Below, one piece after another: positions 59,380 to 64,000 of a stretch of DNA of 64,000 nt. Each line of letters begins with the position of its first letter. Position 1 is the stretch's first letter. The position numbers and the translations under genes are program-made. A model generated the notes under the pieces. The model was not told where the DNA came from. It saw nothing but the letters and a program-made list of their open reading frames with translations, and did no database searches. The stretch comes from Promethearchaeota archaeon (GTDB taxonomy: Archaea; Asgardarchaeota; Lokiarchaeia; Sigyniarchaeales; SOKP01), in contig JAHPZE010000002.1 of NCBI GenBank assembly GCA_019058365.1, forward strand, positions 32,001 to 96,000. Direction: 5' to 3'.

Positions 59380-60198
59380 ATGGTTGATATAATAATTGAT
59401 GAGTATATTGAAAAAAGTACATATGAATATTTAATTAAAAAAATCAATACTGAAGGAGCTTTGCATTTTTCTTTAATAGATCCTGATCCTTTAAGACAAG
59501 GACCATCCAAAGCGGGAAAAATGGCAAAATATGCTGAAGATGCAGGTACTGATGCCATTTTAATAGGAGGAAGTACTGTGTTTGATCAAACCTTTGTTGA
59601 TAACACAATAGTTGCAATTAAGGATAAAGTTAAGGTCCCAATTATTATTTTTCCTGGAGGTATTAGTAATGTTTCCAAACATGCTGATGCGATTTTTTTT
59701 ATGTCTTTACTGAACTCATCAGATCCTTATGCCATTATCGGTCAGCAAGCCCTTGCTTCATATACAATAAAATCTTATAATTTAGAATATATATCAATGG
59801 CTTATTTAATAATAGAACCTGGGGGTAGCGCTGGTTGGATAGGAAATGCGAGATTATTACCTAGAAAGAAACCTAAATTAACAGCAGCTTATGCATTAGC
59901 CGCAGAAATGTTTGGTTTTAAAATTATATATTTAGAGGCAGGTTCAGGAGGAGAGAAAATTCCAGTAGACCATATAAAAACATGCTCATCAGTACTTAAT
60001 ATCCCAATAATTGCTGGTGGCGGTGTCGATAATAAAGAAGATGCGAAAGCCTTCGTTGATGCAGGAGCCGATATCATCGTTATGGGTACATATCTCGAAA
60101 ATCACATACTAAAAGATAATGGAAACTCATTAAAAGGTATAATTGATGAAATTAAAAACGCTGGGAAATCACAAAAAAAAAATTTTCCAATAAGATAA
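59380..60198 (+). CDS. Geranylgeranylglyceryl phosphate (GGGP) synthase
   Basis: HFSLIDPD, DAILIGGST, IFPG, FMSLLNS, YLEAGSG, GGG.....A......GAD.IV.G. Confidence 0.93.
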   Translation: MVDIIIDEYIEKSTYEYLIKKINTEGALHFSLIDPDPLRQGPSKAGKMAKYAEDAGTDAILIGGSTVFDQTFVDNTIVAIKDKVKVPIIIFPGGISNVSKHADAIFFMSLLNSSDPYAIIGQQALASYTIKSYNLEYISMAYLIIEPGGSAGWIGNARLLPRKKPKLTAAYALAAEMFGFKIIYLEAGSGGEKIPVDHIKTCSSVLNIPIIAGGGVDNKEDAKAFVDAGADIIVMGTYLENHILKDNGNSLKGIIDEIKNAGKSQKKNFPIR

Positions 60199-60211
60199 AG
60201 GAAGTATTTTA

Positions 60212-61084
60212 ATGAAATTCAAAGATGCCATCGAAATTCTTCGACCCATTAATGATATAATGGGAAGTTTAACTGTTATTATAGGAATTCTAAATACAAG
60301 ATTTGATGTTGATCCCATTATATTAGTTTTAAATCTAATTTTGGGTGTTCTTACTTATTTTTTTATTGCTGGTGCCGGGAATGTCATTAATGACTATTAT
60401 GACATCGAAATTGATAAAATAAATCGTCCCGAAAGACCTATTCCTAGAGGGTCAATAACGTTGAACCAAGCAAAGATCTTATGGATTACTACTTCTTTAA
60501 TTGGGATTACAATCGCCATTTTCCATAGCATTTTATTTAATCTTGGATACTTGAATATTATTTTAGCAGTTTTTTTTGCTTTTATAGGTTGGTTATATGC
60601 AGCTTGGGGTAAAAAAAGCGGATTCATCGGAAATATTATTGTCAGTATATCCTTTTCGATTGGACTTATCTACGGAGCTGTTTTAAATAATACTACTATC
60701 CCTCCTTATATATACTTCTTCTTTTTAACGGCATTCTTTCTTCTACTCGCTCGAGAAATCATTAAGGGATGTGAAGATATTGAAGGAGATAAAAGTCAAG
60801 GAGTAAAAACATTAGCTATTAAGATTGGAATTAAAAAATCAAGATTAATTTCTCTGATATTTACATTATTAGCTATAATTTTCTTTATCTTGCCTTATTT
60901 CACTAACATATTAAATCGATTGTTGTTTTTGATTTCTATGTTTTTTGGGTTGGCTATAGTTTTATATACTATGGTATTAATGGTTAAACCCAATTTAGAA
61001 AGAAATGATTTTAAACGAATAAGTTTATTATTAAAAATATCCATGTTTCTTGGATTAGTTGCTTTTATCTTTGCAAGCTTTTAA
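60212..61084 (+). CDS. Digeranylgeranylglyceryl phosphate synthase (UbiA family)
   Basis: NDYYDIEIDKINRPERPIPRG, REIIK..EDIEGD...G..TL; adjacent to the GGGP synthase gene. Confidence 0.9.
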   Translation: MKFKDAIEILRPINDIMGSLTVIIGILNTRFDVDPIILVLNLILGVLTYFFIAGAGNVINDYYDIEIDKINRPERPIPRGSITLNQAKILWITTSLIGITIAIFHSILFNLGYLNIILAVFFAFIGWLYAAWGKKSGFIGNIIVSISFSIGLIYGAVLNNTTIPPYIYFFFLTAFFLLLAREIIKGCEDIEGDKSQGVKTLAIKIGIKKSRLISLIFTLLAIIFFILPYFTNILNRLLFLISMFFGLAIVLYTMVLMVKPNLERNDFKRISLLLKISMFLGLVAFIFASF

Positions 61085-62494
61085 GAATTTTAAAATACTG
61101 TTGAAATCTCTGTTTTCAATTAATTCATTTAACTTTTCCTTGAATTCGTCATTTAATTCACTATAAGGAAAAGTTTGAATTAACTTTCTAACTTGGGTTA
61201 AACCAAGATATTTTCTTGTATATTCTGCATCAGAATATTTATAGGTTGTAAGGAACTCACTGTCTAATTTCGCCCTAAAAGATTCTAACATAAAATTAAA
61301 AAAATCTTTTAATAATAACTGTTTATCTGGTGTAATTACGGGTTCAAAAAAAACTTGAATTGGATGAGTTCGATATGTGTTCCCTGATACGTAAATTCCA
61401 TCAACTTCAAAATCCTTGAGAATTGTACTTAGTCCAACTCTACCTTCATAAGAACCTGTATCGACAGTTCGAACATATAAAATGTTTGATCTGATTCTCT
61501 TTTTAAGCTCGTCATTTATAGAGAGAATTAATTTCTGATATTTATTATTTTGATAATTATTAGCATCTATGACCGTAATTTCATTATCTCCCTTATTTTG
61601 CAGAACTTCTTGTTTTAATAGATAATAATTTACTTTTAAGGGTTTTTGAACTAGAAATTTTTTAAGAAACTCATCTATTTCAGAACCAGCACGATAATTA
61701 AATTCAGGTTTAAGCTTATATTCTTTTTTAAATATAACATTTTCTTTTTTGATTTTAATACCCTTAAATTTTAGATTTTCAGATTTAGGTGCTTTTTTCC
61801 TTGTGAAGAAGCCGATACAGATGTTTGTCCCCGTGTATTCGAACACTTTTGTTTCAAATATTGTCATTTTTGTAATTATATAATATTTAAGGAAATCTTT
61901 ACGAAATTTATTTGAAACAGATGCACCATATAAAAAATTCGATGGAATAATGTAAATCAAATTTGTAATTTCATTTCTTAGATCGTTTATCATAGCAATT
62001 TGATATAAATCTTGATAACCATTATTTTTCCCTCTAAAAAATTCTAAGTATTTTTGAGTTTCCTTATGCTTTCGTATATACCCTAAATAGAGATATGGTG
62101 GATTCGTTATATGATATAAGGGAAATTGCATGTTGTTCAAAAAATCAGGAAAACTTTCTAAATTATCTCTCAACTTAATGTTTTTATTAGCTACTTCTAT
62201 GGGGATACCATAATTTTTAGCATTGATAATACAATTTTTTACCATTACTGGTTGAATATCACATAAATAAATATGATCTATAAAAAATTGAATTCTTTTT
62301 TCAAGAGGAATTGAGTTCAAAATAGGTAAAATTAAATTTCCTTGACCAGCAAATAAATCTATCCATGTATACGCCCATAATTTATCTTGAATATCAGGAA
62401 ATATATATTTTATAAAAATATCTCTAGAAGTGAGATGAACACCCAAAGATCTTCGATATTTATTATCTCTAAAGTCTCTTATATTATTTCCCAT
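61055..62494 (-). CDS. N6-adenine DNA methyltransferase-like protein
   Basis: DLFAGQGNL, ITNPPY, YQDLYQ, IIPSNFL. Confidence 0.82.
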   Translation of the reverse strand: MGNNIRDFRDNKYRRSLGVHLTSRDIFIKYIFPDIQDKLWAYTWIDLFAGQGNLILPILNSIPLEKRIQFFIDHIYLCDIQPVMVKNCIINAKNYGIPIEVANKNIKLRDNLESFPDFLNNMQFPLYHITNPPYLYLGYIRKHKETQKYLEFFRGKNNGYQDLYQIAMINDLRNEITNLIYIIPSNFLYGASVSNKFRKDFLKYYIITKMTIFETKVFEYTGTNICIGFFTRKKAPKSENLKFKGIKIKKENVIFKKEYKLKPEFNYRAGSEIDEFLKKFLVQKPLKVNYYLLKQEVLQNKGDNEITVIDANNYQNNKYQKLILSINDELKKRIRSNILYVRTVDTGSYEGRVGLSTILKDFEVDGIYVSGNTYRTHPIQVFFEPVITPDKQLLLKDFFNFMLESFRAKLDSEFLTTYKYSDAEYTRKYLGLTQVRKLIQTFPYSELNDEFKEKLNELIENRDFNSILKFLKACKDKSN

Positions 62495-62644
62495 ATATGG
62501 TTGACTCTTTAGATCTTATAGATAATTTTATTAATAACTTAGGCTCAATATAAGTTTATGATTGATTGGATTATAATGATATTTTTTCAACTTTATACTT
62601 TAGGGTATCTAAATCTCGAATGATAAAATAAAAAAAAATGTTAA

Positions 62645-63700
62645 CTATTTCAAAAATTTGTATTTTTCAGCTTTATACATTCGATAGAAGTCTTCAATTG
62701 TAGTTAATACTATTACCACAATAATCACACCAGCAATTCCTCTGAAAATATCGTAAAATTCTGGAGCAAGTCCAATATTTGTAAGAATGTCTCCGGGTTC
62801 ATTAACAACTAATATTGGAAATATTTCTGGTCGAATCATCATCAAACTGACTACCGATATTGATGCCAGTTTTACGCCTATTGTTATACCATGTATAATC
62901 TGATGAGCAAAATATTGTCTATTTCCTATCAATCCTCTACTTAAATCTAAAATCCCCTCAACTAAAATGAATAAACCAGCGAATTGCAGGTATAGTAGAA
63001 ATTCTGGCTCAATTAAGCTTGTTATAGCTGGAATTGGTAATACTATAAAAAAAACCCCTACCATAATTGCGATTGCCCCACCAATGATAACTCCAACAGG
63101 TTTAATATAAGATTTTACTGGTCTTTTCTTTATTTCTGAAATCGGAATTCCTTGTTCACGTGCTAACTCAAGCTGTTGTTTTTCTTTTATTCGTATTTTC
63201 TTAGATTTAAAATCTTCAGGAAAATAACCTTCCATAGATAATGCTACAAAAATTATCGTAATTATTGCAAAGGTTGAAAGGCAGCCAATTTGTATTCCCT
63301 GAATTATATTTCCGAATAATTGACCGATATCCACATTCCCAAAAATTAAATCTACAACTTGTGCGACAAGTGTAATTCCAATTACTACAAAAAATACAAT
63401 TCCTAACACCCTTAGATAATATGGCCACAATTCCTTAGTAATATAAACTTTTGGGGTTCCTCGTCCTTTATATTCCTTAGCAATGCTTTGTGGACTCCCC
63501 ATATGAGAAATTGCCATTTGGACAGTTTCTATTGTAGGTTGATCAGTTTTGGATAACTCTTCTGCCTTACTCCAAATATGTTCTTCAAGCTCAGCCAAAA
63601 TTTCCTTATTTTCCTTTTTATCTTTAAGCCATTCGGGTAGCTTTGATTTGACTCCCTTTAAATATTCTTTTATTAAATTTGCCATTTCTTTTTCACTCAT
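62645..63700 (-). CDS. HAAS-domain membrane protein (PadR partner)
   Basis: I..YL..V...LP.......IL.EL..HI......AI..MGSP..IA..Y, followed by TM helices. Confidence 0.82.
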   Translation of the reverse strand: MSEKEMANLIKEYLKGVKSKLPEWLKDKKENKEILAELEEHIWSKAEELSKTDQPTIETVQMAISHMGSPQSIAKEYKGRGTPKVYITKELWPYYLRVLGIVFFVVIGITLVAQVVDLIFGNVDIGQLFGNIIQGIQIGCLSTFAIITIIFVALSMEGYFPEDFKSKKIRIKEKQQLELAREQGIPISEIKKRPVKSYIKPVGVIIGGAIAIMVGVFFIVLPIPAITSLIEPEFLLYLQFAGLFILVEGILDLSRGLIGNRQYFAHQIIHGITIGVKLASISVVSLMMIRPEIFPILVVNEPGDILTNIGLAPEFYDIFRGIAGVIIVVIVLTTIEDFYRMYKAEKYKFLK

Positions 63701-64000
63701 TTCTTAAACCTCTTTCTTTTAATTCTTTTTCTATATTATTTCCACAAACATCACAAAACCGGACTTCTAAATTTGAAAGTTCAATTTTATTGGCACACAT
63801 AGGACAAAATAAATATTTCTCTGATTTTAAATTCACACTTACATCAAAGAGTGGTGCTATAGCTTCAGTTAATTTACTATAAAATCCAGCAAGGTGATTA
63901 AAAATTTTTTTTCCATAATCAGTAACTCTATAAAACTTTCTCTTTCTTCCAGAGTCTTCTCTTTCAGATTTTATAATATTATCAACCTCTAACTTTCTTA
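63693..64000 (-). CDS. PadR-family regulator with a C-terminal double zinc ribbon (5' end beyond the window)
   Basis: Minus frame reads LRKLEVDNIIKSE...GRKRKFYRVTDYGK...FCPMCANK...FCDVCGNN...RNE*; not in the ORF track. Confidence 0.85.
   Translation of the reverse strand, partial: RKLEVDNIIKSEREDSGRKRKFYRVTDYGKKIFNHLAGFYSKLTEAIAPLFDVSVNLKSEKYLFCPMCANKIELSNLEVRFCDVCGNNIEKELKERGLRNE

Noticed and set aside
1-64000. CRISPR arrays, rRNA genes, IS elements or integrases
   Set aside because: No regularly spaced repeats, rRNA-like GC-rich tracts or transposase/integrase ORFs were seen by eye.

Overview
AT-rich archaeal chromosomal window. Gene content (rpl34e, rpl14e, archaeal P0/P1 stalk, SecY plus an EMC3/TMCO1-family protein, ether-lipid genes, MfnB, many PAS/REC and zinc-ribbon proteins) is most consistent with an Asgard archaeon, probably Lokiarchaeia; this is inferred from gene style, with no database search. 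It holds a ribosomal/secY region, a two-component locus, an mfnB-HdrD-like-AOR redox operon, scattered shikimate genes, a sulfatase/anSME/GH94-like locus, an ether-lipid cluster and two orphan adenine methyltransferases. The main discovery is a set of short (28-37 nt) tRNA-type bulge-helix-bulge (BHB) introns inside protein-coding genes. Three interrupt rpl11 (uL11), leaving 21- and 29-nt micro-exons, and one interrupts a 56-aa zinc-ribbon gene that the ORF track misses. Cutting each at the positions dictated by BHB geometry restores the frame and the expected protein motifs. A nearby tRNA-Ser(GGA) carries two BHB introns (37/38 and T-loop 58/59). All four mRNA introns and the T-loop tRNA intron have a hairpin capped by a 5-nt loop ending in UC. 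Together this points to endonuclease-type (non-spliceosomal) multi-intron mRNA splicing in a likely Asgard archaeon.
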